Positions 13,279 to 25,020 of a DNA stretch of 64,000 bases are shown here, piece after piece. Every line of letters begins with the position of its first letter. Position 1 is the stretch's first letter. Below the pieces are notes generated by a model that did no database searches, was not told the origin of the DNA, and was given only the letters and a program-made list of their open reading frames with translations. This stretch comes from Takakia lepidozioides. Its lineage: Eukaryota > Plantae > Bryophyta. A program made the position numbers and the translations under genes. The DNA is taken from NCBI GenBank assembly GCA_030704615.1, contig CM060733.1, positions 21,824,001 to 21,888,000 on the forward strand, read 5' to 3'.

Positions 13279-15753
13279 TTAGGCCCAATACTTGTTCTTC
13301 TTGCTGATCAAATCTCTTGTGTTGATCTGGTCAATTTTGGCTGCCAAGATGAAATCATTCTCACTAAGGCCCCCTGCACCTCACAGCACAATCATATTAT
13401 TCCCTCCAACACTATCAAACTCTCCAGCCAAGTTACACACAAATGGAGAGGCTCGATACCAGTTTTTATCGTACCTATCAAACCTTCATGGCCAGTGTAC
13501 TATCATGCATGTCAGCCGAATTCCAATTCCACAAAGAGTCACAAGATGAAGTCATAGAAGGCTGGGGTGGATTCCAATTTCACAGAAGCGGCCAGATACC
13601 CCAGAGAAGAACATGAGACATAGTTGTACTAATCGACCGAGTTTCCAACAGAGCCCACTGATTAGGGCACTCTGGCAACCCTGGAGGTTGTTGAGGAATC
13701 CAGGAGAAGTTACTGTGGTCCTGCAGAGGGTCCATATACATGCTCACTGAGTCACAGCATCTAAAGATTCCCACTTGCCCCAGAGAAAAAGTAGGTAACA
13801 ACTATGCCAAAGCTGTCGAAGATGAAGATTGAGCCCAAAGAGAACTTACCAATGGAATGAGTCCAAAGCTCTGCTCGAGCTCTGTTGTACTGCTCCAAAT
13901 GAAGGTCAGGATGGTGTTTCTCAGCCTCCGCAATGGTGGCAATTTGCTGAAAAAGCTCCAACCCTGATGTGAAATTTTTCAACTTCCAGTCACACTGCAG
14001 CCTGAGCGCCCCATCAGTCTTCACAACCCTCCACCCCACCACCTGCTTCCATAGAACGATAGTTTGGCGGTCTCTCCTTTGACATGAGGAAAATAGAGTA
14101 TCAAGAGTGGAGGGTGTGAAAATGACAACTGAGAACAACTCAACATCCATTCCTGTTCTCAATTACCCTCACCAATAAACCACGTGCACTCACATGACCC
14201 TTACACTATATTCAGCTTCCACTCAGGTTCCAGCAAAGGGGTGCTACGTTCACACAGCTCCTAGGCATTTTTAAACATCAAGCCCTCCGAGGCATGAAGC
14301 TGTTAATAAAAGCCTGTGTTCGTCAAACCTACTAAAAGTATTTGGAGCCCTGTAATCCCTCCGCAGCACATGCATTAATCCCTTGCTGTTTGGAAGCATA
14401 CATGCCCCAGAATAGAATTCCAAATCATCAAGAACTTTTTAAACCTGCTCAAATAGTGACAATTCGAAGTCTGTGTTCATCAAACCTACTCAATTAGAAC
14501 TTCAGATCATCAAGCCTTTTCTTAAGTGAGAATATGAAGCCATCTGAAAAGTATCAATACGGAGGTTTTGCTGCTGACCCAGTAAGACATTACCAAACCC
14601 CTTAGGAGCCCGAGATTGCCCCTCAAAATCACCAGAGTGAGAACCTTGGGCATACGCACCACAATTACACTATACCACCACTGAAGGATTCAACTACTGA
14701 GGCTCAACGGCAGAAGTGCGTTTACTGCTATTCAATGCCACATTTCCTATTTGAAGTTTGGGAGGGATACAAGATGCCACCTGAAGCCAATGCAAGTAAA
14801 ACTCTACCCATATAGATACAGCCTACTTTGAGAGGTGGGCTCCCTGAGTTTGCTACAGGTCTTTGGGGTTTCATGACTTTGACCACCACTCAAAATAAAT
14901 TTCACATCACCTCTCTACTCACGCCATTACGAAATCCTCTACCTTGCGTCAACACATGAAACAAGAAAACACTAACACCTACCTTGCGGAGTAGAGCCTT
15001 GGCCTCATCTTCAGATAGAGGGGTTGAACCTTCAGAAAGAGGCTGACAAGTCCTCTCCGAGAGGCTCATAAACGAGAACGTTGGGATGAGGATGTTATGT
15101 TCTGTGCCCTGATTGCCGATCACTTTTTCCCCAAAATTGCTCGCAATCTCAGCTGCAAATGAAATTCACCTCCATTGTTAATAAGTTCAGCCAGGAGCCG
15201 ATGGTGCCTTAAGGCATTGTCAAGCACAAACAGAGTTAATACTGAAGAATTCTCCCATGTGCCCGTCATGCTCGCCACACCTCCTTACCTCACAGACAGA
15301 TAGGTCGTCTCTATTTATCCACACCTCTGCATCTGCTCAACTAGTTCAGAGCAGAATAGAATTGTGAATGGAAACCAACGTAGAATTGACTTGCTATTCA
15401 TGGATTGAAGCTGCTTTAGTGTCATATTCCGACCCGAACCAAAATGCTCAAACCCCCTAAACCCCCTGCCTCCTCTCACACATGAACCAAACCATGCCTG
15501 GGAATGGGTCTCGAGCACCAAAGTCGCCCAGTAGATCCCCCGCCCGTACTACGAGTGACACGGACTTGTGTGACGGCCATCCGCCTCTTCTCGCTCCTCC
15601 CTTTCCCAGCGACCAGCTCCCTACATGCGATCTTTGCAGGAAACTTTGAATGTGGGTTTTGGAAGTAAGAATGCATGAGACGGAAGGCGAGGGAGAGGAG
15701 AGCAGGCAGGAGAGCGTGGGACGAGGGGATAGAGGCAGGGCAGAGACGGCCAT
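13279..15753 (-). CDS. Pterin-4-alpha-carbinolamine dehydratase-like protein (plastid PCD/PDL1-RAF2-type) with N-terminal transit peptide, 4 exons
   Basis: Exons 15753-15498, 15152-14983, 14042-13850, 13373-13279. Ser/Pro/Arg-rich transit-like N-terminus, then GDLLGDFGARDPFPAEIASNFGEKVIGN, WKLKNFTSGLELFQQIATIAEAEKHHPDLHLEQYNRARAELWTHSIGGLSENDFILAAKID. HHPD and THSxGGLSENDF are PCD motifs. Confidence 0.92.
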
Positions 15754-15918
15754 AGCTCTCACCAACACACTGCAAAGAGGATGCCTGTTGTGTCTTGCAC
15801 TGAATTTCATCAGTCGTATCTGAAAACCTTGAGTAAGTAAACTCGGGTTCTTTAGAAATAGTTTTGTGTGTGCATTGACTGGAGGTCTATTTAATTATTT
15901 TTGGAAAATGATGTAGGT

Positions 15919-16050
15919 ACCAACAGTCAGTAGCTCAGTTGGATAGTGCCCTGAGGGCCACCCAGATGATTCTGGGGTCAAATCCTGCTACTTGAGGGGT
16001 CTGGTATGCTCTTCTCCCCCTTCCCTGGGCGGTGTCCCATTTCTCAGCCT
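15919..16050 (+). mobile_element. tRNA-derived SINE, family A
   Basis: accaacagtcagTAGCTCAGTTGGatagtg...gatgattctggGGTCAAATCCtgctac matches the other three copies. Confidence 0.75.
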
Positions 16051-16171
16051 CCATGGCGCGGTTACCTGTGAAGTAGCTGACCGCAAACCCTAAACGGGCA
16101 GCGTGAAGGGGAGGACCGCCTCTGAAGAGAGCTCTCTTTGAAGCTGCCTGGGTTGTGGGAGGTGCGGGAGT

Positions 16172-18679
16172 ACTGTGCGCACGCGGAAGTTTATGACGAA
16201 TCGCTTGCTTGCTCGCAAGCAGTTTGTAAGTGTTGGCACCTTCCTCCGTTTCTTGCTGTCTGTGGGGGATCTCATGGAGTATGTTTGTCTTTCTGCTTCT
16301 TGCAGGTAGTAGGACGAGTTGTGTGTTTGTGATGCGTTGGCTGTAAAACTGCTGCTGCTGGACTTGGCTTTGACTGGTGTAGTCCGTTTGCTTTGCTTGT
16401 TCAGGTGATTGATGTTCTATCAGATGAAATAATTTCAACCTCTAACTTAGAAATAAGAGGGGACAGAGGCCCTGTTACTCATGAGTTTTCAAGAGATACT
16501 TATCCAGGCTGAGTTTCAAAAAATAAAAAATACAAAGTACAAGTTGATGGTCTTTCTCAGGCTGGCAAGCTTCAAGAATAATTGTGTGAGGGTGGCTATG
16601 GCGGCCTGCTGATCTTGTTGCACAGCAAAGCAGCGATGGTGTCGTTGCTGGTGGCCAGTAGGCTTGACGCTGCTTCCATCGGCCCAGCTTCCGCGCTGCT
16701 TTCGCTCTCTCCATGCTCGTGGCGGCCTGGGCCTTTCCTTGGGGAGAATGCCAGCTTTGTGACAGGGAGAGTGAGGCTGGTGCAGTTGCAGGGCGGAATT
16801 ATAGAGGAAGATCACTTGGATAAACAGTGGGAGGCGCAGACAGGAGAGCGTGTGGAAGAGATCATCTTCATGAGCAGTCACACTGCCGCTTCCAACCGGC
16901 CTGCCCTTACTGTGCATCCCATTGGAGTGCCACACTTGAGAGCGCATGAAAAGCCGCTGCCAACCCTGGGCGCGCCAATGTGTCTAAGGTGGGTTTCAAG
17001 TGGCCTGACCCTGTCATTTGAAGTTCCTAAAAAATGGGTACATGAGAAGCTAACGTGAGGAGGAGTTAGTTGGGTAGTCGTAGATAGCCTGTTTTTTCTC
17101 CCCTAGTTGGAGTTCTGAAGATCCTTCGACAGGACGATAGAAGAGTGCTGGCTTTTTGAGCGGTGAGGGAGGTCAGAAGAGGCGGTTCGCAACCGCAGCC
17201 TGAAATTTTGAGTAAGGAATAGGGTTCAATCGCACTCAAAGCTGTCGGGGATTTCCAGGCAGAACTGAAGGAGAAGCTTTCCAAGGTCTATGAGGTGCGC
17301 GATCCACCATCCATATTTGTGTTTGGATTCCACACTCAGTTTGGAGGTGGCAAGTCCACCAGCTTTGGTCTAATCTATGACAACTGTGAAGAAGTACGAG
17401 CCCAAATATCGACTTATCCGGGTAACTTTTTAAACCTGGCTGGGGACTGATTCTGCACACTGGGAAGCTAGGGATGTCTAAATGCAATAGTTTCGTTTGA
17501 ACCCACCGGTGTGTACAATCTCAAATAGGGGAATTAAGTAAGTTGAACTCAACGTTGGGCTGGGTGTTGTGGCACATTCATCATTAAGGCGACTCAGCTG
17601 CTGGAATGCTGTATTTTGTGTTGGCTTGGCCTTAGGTACCCTAGAAATAATATATAAAATACATGTGCACTATTTTGCAATTCAAAACAATGCAATCTTT
17701 GGTGACTTCGATCCTTTAGTTGATGAGAAGAACAGTTGCCCAACATTGTATCCACTTATTGAAAACATCCACAATCTTGATTCGGGCTAGAGTATATCCT
17801 CTCTTGCCCCAATTCTGCAGATTTAGGGATATGGTGGGCTGTCAGCTGTAGGAGAGCACTGGCTGCACCAGCACGCATTTACCACCCAGTAGATAGGTTT
17901 TTGCCCTTCTCATAATGTTCAGCATGCAAAGCCTTACTATCATGAGTGTATTCTCTCTCACCATGAGGTATTCCTAGTGTGAAATACGTATGGGTATGCC
18001 CCCGCTACACCCACTCACTCCCTGAATATTAGGTGGGCCCTTTATACACTAGTCTGCAAGCTTTGAGGCATATGTATGAGCCAATGCATGAGGGTGGGAA
18101 TGTTTTGTAGGCATGTTGGTCTGAGATTCAGAGGTTTTGGTCTGTTAATAAGTGGCTGGTGCCTTAATTGTGCGGCGGTTGCAGAATGGACTTGCAACAA
18201 AGGTGGAGAAGTCAAGAAAGCAGATTAAAGAACGCAAGAATCGGTCCAAGAAGATTAGGGGTGTAAAGAAGGTTGGTGCTCTTGCAAATTCCTGTTTACA
18301 TTATATATATTTGGTATGAGGCCTTAAATAAGAGAGTGAGCTGCATTTCTGTACAGCTCCAAAGAAGGTACTCACAGCTGCCTGTTTTGCCAAAAATTAG
18401 TGTTAAATCTATTGTAAGTTGCGACTATCATAAGTTGAGTGGCTCTAGATTTTTCAGGTCACAGCTTTCTTTGTTTTTCAATTTTCTGAGAAGTTTTGTT
18501 ATGGAGGCTTTACATCGCTCTCTGTGGATCCTCTGCTGAACATACACCTTGAGCACAGTAGACAGCGGTTTTTCTCAATTTGAAATTGTTTATTGACATA
18601 GTTGCATAGGGATTTAATGTTTGTCTTGGTGACTGTGCAGACCAAGGCTGGAGATGCCAAAGCAAGCAAAAAGAAGTAA
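16172..18679 (+). pseudogene. RPS24: 40S ribosomal protein S24 (eS24) pseudogene, introns retained
   Basis: Exon pieces: 16172-16225 (TVRTRKFMTNRLLARKQF, no in-frame ATG), 16405-16419 (VIDVL) plus 16965-16988 (PGRANVSK) split by a ~540 bp insert, 17259-17421 ([15 protein letters not shown]...[14 protein letters not shown], then a frameshift before [11 protein letters not shown]), 18185-18271 ([29 protein letters not shown]), 18641-18679 (TKAGDAKASKKK*). Confidence 0.92.
16636..16960 (+). pseudogene. GEK1: 5' fragment of D-aminoacyl-tRNA deacylase 2 (DTD2/GEK1) inserted in RPS24 exon 2
   Basis: MVSLLVASRLDAASIGPASALLSL...IIEEDHLDKQWEAQTGERVEEIIFMSSHTAASNRPALTVHPIGVPHL matches the plant GEK1/DTD2 N-terminus (SxHTAxSNRPALTVHPIGV). 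It stops after ~108 aa; no downstream DTD2 sequence seen. Confidence 0.88.
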
Positions 18680-19611
18680 AATGCAGTGGGCGGGCGGTTC
18701 CGGGTTTCGGGTTCCTCTGAGGACTTATTGCCACTGCTGCGAATCATGCTCGGTTGTGTCTTACAAAAGAGTTCTCAAGTAAACACTTTTAATGGCAAAC
18801 AACACCCCAAGTTAAAGATTTTACACTAAACACTCTCAGTGTTGTGCATATACTTTGAAAATTTGTTAGCTGCTTGTTTGTTCGCGATGCCTAACCAATG
18901 GGGATACTCTGGTATGAATCCGGCTGATATATTTGCCACCTGACCAACTTTGACTTTGTTTATGACGAACTAGTTCTCAATTCTCTAAACCAAGCAGTAG
19001 GAATGTAATCAGGGAATGGGACCGCATTCGATCTAGTAAGTAGAGCGTAAGGACACGACAAAATCATCCACCTCTCTCTTGTGCTGCAAGTCCTCTTCGT
19101 TTTCTCTACTATTCACTGTGTGGAAGTCAGGCTTGTTTGAGAGGAAAAAGTTCCTTACTGGGCAACAATCATAGGATTTGATGGAAACGAAACGGCCCAT
19201 GTAAATGTCCACCCTCTTACATTTTCCACCATCGTGCAAGCATGCGCACATTCATCATTGGCAGGCACTACTGACACTGTACAAAAAATGTCTGACGCGA
19301 TTGCATGAGCATACAGTCAGACGTGCCCGCCCACCTTCATTCAAACGCCCGCCAATGGCTTCTCCCACGGACCTGTTTTCGACCTTCAAAACAACCCTTT
19401 GGGATCCTTATTGACCCATTGATCGCACAAAAAAATGCTTCAGAGATTAAAGGAGGGCACTGTCCATCCTGCACGGCCACAGCATGAGCACGCTAAGAAG
19501 GCCCTTTGAATCAGCACAGTGTCTCCCGCTCACGACTGGGAGCTAGTGCTGAGGCTTATTACACATTCCGCGGGTCTTCGTAAACTCTGCGCTTCATCAA
19601 AGTATTTAGCC

Positions 19612-22600
19612 ATGGTGGACAGAGCCGTGTTGCACAGAGTGTGGGACAAGTGGTCGTCGTCGTCGATAGCCGGCTCGGGTTAGTTACCCCCAGCTCCACT
19701 GTGCTTGTGATGCTAAGTGTCAGGTGAGTGGTTAAGACTCTACTGTTGATACTTAGGGTTTTCTGACATTTTGCGTGTTGGCCTACTTACCAAATTTCAA
19801 ATGACTCCAATTCCAGACAATTGCACTATCTCGAGACATTGTTTGTGTACAATGTTCGAGTGTGCTTAATGTTTGGCTGGTTTAGTCAATTTGTACTCTA
19901 GCACTATATCCTCCAGGTCGAACTCGTAGTATGTCGCATACTCTCTCACTGTGCTGGATTTGTGTACGCCTGAGCTACAGAAAATTCTGGGCTGATCACA
20001 TGTACTGGGCGAAGACCCCTGCCCAGCTTGGAAGAGTTCTTAACACACTGGAACTACCGCTGCACGAAGGAGCACCCTCACTCCCCTTCCTTCTCCTGTA
20101 CCCTACCTCGACTTTCACCCTCGATCTTTGCCCTCCGTCCCCTTTTTGTCTACCTCCCTCATAATTTGGCAAGCAGCCCCTAGTTCTGGTTTCAGATATG
20201 TATTCGCCTCATCATCCATGATTCACCTAGTACCTTTGCACCAGAAACAACTAAAAGACTCTGCTAGTTGGGAACTGCAGTTGTGGGTATCGGGCGGAGT
20301 GTTACAGCATCAAAACATTTTTTCTCGTATCAGGGAATCAACTTCCATATTGGCTTGACCCACCTAGTACACCTGAATAGTTTTGTTACAGACTGTCCGG
20401 AAAATGTATGGCATAATGACTTGACAACTAAACTTGTATAATGACAGTTTGTTTGCTGGACAGGATTTGACAAATGCTTTACATCTGACATATGGGTAGG
20501 TGACAAGGAAGGAGGGAGGGGTGGGCGGTCGTGTTTGCAGGCAAGCCATTGAAAGGGGCTGCTGTGGTGAATTTGGCACCTGACCGGCCAGCCAGATTTT
20601 CTGCACTTGTGTACGTTCAAATCCACGCAGTAGCTTCTCTAAGTTTTATTCAGAAGTACCAAGTGTTTGAAGGGAAAAGACATTTATGATCGAGTCTCTT
20701 TGAGCAAGGCCCACCATGTGCAAGATCCCCAAGAGTGAATAAATTTAGATGACTGGACCTAAAGGTTTAATGAATGTGGAAAAAACAAAGTTCGTACAAA
20801 GCACTGAGGACTTTTTCTGGGGTTACAATGAGGACTCAGGATAGAGCAGGAAGGGTTGTCCTTGAAAACAGCAGAGGTGCGACCAGTGGTGGAGGGCATC
20901 CAAAACAATACATTGCAGTCTAACTACTTCTCTATCGGGTCCAGCAAGTGTAAGTTTTCTGTCTCTCCCTCCCTTCACCCCTGCCTGTCCTAGAGGCAGG
21001 GAGGCATCATTGTTTGTGATCAGGAGAATGTTGAATACATTCTTTCATGAACCTATGTAGATAATCAGGATGTCTATAACTGTTCAAGCACTGAGCTGTT
21101 GCTGTTAGGAGTACTAACCCATGGAGTGGCACTCCAAGGCACCTAGCCAGAAAAGCTCATCGGTGGTTGCTGCAAAACTATTGTTAAGTCGAGTTTCAAT
21201 TTAAAAGAAAAAAGGATGATTAGAGGGACATTGTAAATATGGCTGCCTTCCGTGCCAAAAACTGAACCCATAGCAAATATGTGAGGAGCCAAAGTGCATA
21301 GTTGAACCAATTGTTAACCAGATAAATACATGGCAACGAGAAACTCATAGACAGCAAGAACTGCACAAGCTATGAGCCGTGCCCTGGAAAATCGTATGAG
21401 CAATCATGATTGTGCAGCCAAATACACACTTTTAACTGGCAGCCACTTCACTTCAAGCGGGACTCTCATCACATCTCCTTGGTCCATGTCTCTCACAACA
21501 ACCCAACACACTAGGTGCTTGTGTCTGAAGCGTTGAGCCTCAACCCCTCAAGAGCACCAGCCAAGGACAAATAGAATTTGTAGTGGCTCATTGCTGCCGC
21601 CTTGTACCAAGATCCCCATTGACACTTCGCCACCTTTTGTGTCAAATTTATTACTAAATGTCTGAGAAACTAGCTATACAATACAGCTTTTCTTCCAGCT
21701 GCAGTAATACTCATTTGCCAAAAAGATGCCAAGTAATATTGTCACTAATGTGTTTCTCTTGAGGATATACATTCTGAGCCTCTTCAGGACAGGAGCCAGT
21801 ATGTTGAGCTTCAATCTCTGGCAGTAGCACAAGCCCACCAAAAATCATATGAACAGAAATCATATTAGAGTACAGCCTGCCATCTTTTACCAGGATCACC
21901 TTTTGAAATTTCACACCATTGTGGCTCAGATTCATTGCTAAAGGTCTGAGAAGAGTATGCTTTGAGTCTCCCTTTGGAGAACCGGTTTCCGTACAAGTGT
22001 GGATATTGTATTTCGGCCTTTAGTCCGTTCAAAATGATCAAGAACAGGCTTCTTATGTCTCAAATGGGGAGCTTTGTAAATCCTACTATGTAAGTTAGGT
22101 TCTGTGTGTGTGTCTCTCTCTCTGTCTCTCATCATTCTTTGGGTAAGCCCGGAGTACTCTATGATTTGATTGCTAGAATTATGTCTTGGCTGAGTCTTCC
22201 TGTGTTGAGTATGTCTGCAGCCTCTGTTGGGAACTGATAAACTCAGTGGGGAGTTATAAAAGCCAGTCAATGCTGAACAGGATGTACTTGATTTGTCTTT
22301 TTATGGAGTCTCTTTATAAGACAGCATTCTTTCTGGTTTCCTTATCATGTCTTCTTCCATGTGACTTCCCTTGAGGTTTAGTCCCGGTGCCTTTGTTTTC
22401 ATCTTTGAAAACTCTTCTTTACCTTGGATGTGGCTATCTCAATTTGTCTTTAGTTACCTCTCAAATGTGAGTTCAGAGTTTACTAGCCACTCAAAGTGAT
22501 ATACTATGAGAAACTCGTGACGCAACGGAGCTTCACTTGAGCTGAAGTACTACAAATTCGCAGTTGCCTGATAGGTGCCCAGTCATATAAACACTCCTGT

Positions 22601-23402
22601 AGTTGCCTGAGGATATGCTTTTCAAGACAGGAGTTTGATTGCTGTGGCTTCTAGTGAGGATGTTGTATTTCCAGTTTGACTTATCAGGGAGTATGCTTGC
22701 TTGATAAAAGTTGGAGGGGTCTGTGTGCAGATTTGGTGACAACAGTGCTGGAGCAATGGTATTATGCGCGCTGTGTGAACACAACCCATGCTTCAGGGGC
22801 TGGAGCTCTCATTACGCGCACACTCTCGTACATAATCATTGCCACGTACGTGCCCCAACATGTCTTTATGGTAGGACATGGTTGAGTCTCATGCAGACTT
22901 GCTGTTTGTGGGGTATGTGTGGGAGGCTCATGCATCCACTCTGCTTCTGAGCTATGGGAGGTTGTTAGCTGCTAGATAACTACGTCTGTTCCCTCCTGGG
23001 ATTGTCAATTGAGCGGGGGGGGTTATTTCCATCCAATTCAATGCCCGCAACACTACAGCATGTGGTTGTTGGGAAAGTAGTACTTGGTGAGTACAGACAA
23101 ACATAACGTAGTGATCCCTCTTGTGGCAGGATTCATCTTTGGTAGCATTCAATCACTGAGGAACAGTTTGTAGGATTGTTGAGCAATTTGATTTTGGATT
23201 TCGGTTTGTGTTGTTGCCCTGTTCACGAATAGAATATCCTTAGTTGGCCATACATCCATCCAGCCAGTTTTCTACTCTATTTCACTGACTCTTTGCAATA
23301 ATTCTATGGATTTGAAGGTATCAAGGGGGCTTAGGAGCGGCATCCAAGGCTGTTGCAGCACTGGATGCCTTCATTGAGCAGCTCATTCCAAGAGTTGCCT
23401 GA
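19612..23402 (+). CDS. Divergent plant profilin-like protein (At4g19400-like), 5 exons, intact
   Basis: Exons 19612-19678, 20541-20610, 20840-20949, 22731-22845, 23318-23402, all GT-AG and in phase: MVDRAVLHRVWDKWSSSSIAGSGKPLKGAAVVNLAPDRPARFSALVIEQEG...FSIGSSKYLVTTVLEQWYYARCVNT...GAGALITRTLSYIIIATYQGGLGAASKAVAALDAFIEQLIPRVA*. Family assignment is from recall of the plant profilin-family homologue. Confidence 0.85.
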
Positions 23403-24019
23403 TGAGGTCTGTCTCCCTCCCTTTTTCCTCTCCCTGTGTCTGTGTGTTGAACCAAGATGAGGGATGCTGATGTACAATATGGACATGAAAGTAAGGAGTC
23501 GCTTGTATCATTCTTTGCCATTGGATTCCAGGAAGGTGGAAATGAAGCTCGTATCATATCGAATTGAGCCTTGGGTTGGCTATCTGGTGGAATTTTACAT
23601 GCCTTTATTGACGTTTTGATTGTTACCCTTTCGCTCTCTCATTGTACTCTTGAATTGGGCTGTCACTTGCGCAGATTCAGGTAGTGAACCTGACGGTTTG
23701 AGACAGTCAGCCAAGTACTCATCAATCTCCCTTTTTCTTTCGACACCGGCTTCCACTGGTTACTTGAAGGCTGGCACATATTTGCTTTATTTGGACATTG
23801 AAGATATGAGGAAATGATGATGAAATAAAAAAAGCTCGAGTTGGAGTGACACGCAATGGGAAGATAGGAGCCAAGACCAGCCCACGGGTGATTTCTGAAC
23901 AGCACTAACCTCTTTAGCTAAGATCAACATCATTCAACAGAGGCTCCAATTTTTTCTTTCCCCTAAATGGCAGCGTTAACATGCAACTTCTAAATTTTCA
24001 AAGAAATTGGATAAGTTTT

Positions 24020-24166
24020 TGGGATGCCTCATTTGTAATGGTCCAGAGTCTAGAGGGTCTACAAGTTCTCAACTTTCTTGCATTTTCTACAAGCTACTTT
24101 TTTATTTTGGAAAAAATTGGGTTGTGTTGTTCTGAAAACCAAATGGGTCAAAGGTGCTCGACCTAG
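24020..24166 (+). mobile_element. Possible Helitron 3' end
   Basis: Short hairpin ggtc-aaaggtgctc-gacc running into CTAG|T at 24163-24167. The 5' boundary is not determined. Confidence 0.3.
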
Positions 24167-24947
24167 TTGAAAACATTCTCCCAAGTTTTTGATCATAACC
24201 ATCCATAGATGGTGCTTGCCCTTGCAAGTCCTCTAAATCACATTGCCTTACCCACCCACCCTGCCCCACCTTGTTTCTAAGCACATTTGATGAGCATGAA
24301 GTTTGGGGAGCTTCAGAAAAGTTATTACAACAGAAATATCTGAGAAACTGTGATTTGTGTGAGCAGCTATGTGAGGAGTTATGGACTAATGCATCTTTGG
24401 TTGACGGTTTTAACGCCCACAAGCATATTTCCGTGCGCAAATTGTGACAACATTTACAGTTGTGAGTTTGAAAAATGTTTCTGGACTTCTACATTCTTGT
24501 GGACAAGATGAGGCTCAGCAACAGTACCCAGCCATATCTCTTGCACCCATACTGCCTGCCCAGCTGCCTTGCATTTCTAACTATTTCAGCAGTGTGAATG
24601 GACCAAAAAGCATGTCGGTTGCATCCAAACATTGTAACACTGGTCTGAACTTTTACCAGCCTGTTTTTCGGCCGGTATGGGGGAGCGGTCGAGTCATGCC
24701 GCAACATCTTTACGCGTATCTCCCCCTTGTTTCATGTGCTACATAAGAGTAAGGCTCTTTTTGACTGGTTTTCTACATGACTGCGGAGCTCTGGGCCGTT
24801 GTTTTAAGTCTAACCGGAGTTTCCCTACTCATATCTTACTTAGGAAGCTTCGCATAGATTTATAAAAAGACCCAAGTATACAAATCGGTAAAACTATCCC
24901 AAAGAGGAGAAACAAAATCTCATAGAGCTAGATATATTGACAACAGA

Positions 24948-25020
24948 AAGGCAGTAGCCCTTCTGGTGAAGTGACACCATAAGTTACACTCCCTTCAGGA
25001 GGCGTCATACTTTTTTTTTT
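24948..25020 (+). mobile_element. 5'-truncated SINE family B copy with oligo-T tail
   Basis: aaggcagtagcccttctggtgaagtgacaccataagttac...ggaggcgtcatacT10 is the 3' half of the 41567-41735 element. Confidence 0.75.

Noticed and set aside
16420-16962. Insert as a U12 or non-canonical intron rescuing RPS24
   Set aside because: No GT, GC or ATATCC donor and no AG/AC acceptor with branch point at the junctions, and RPS24 has other disabling lesions.
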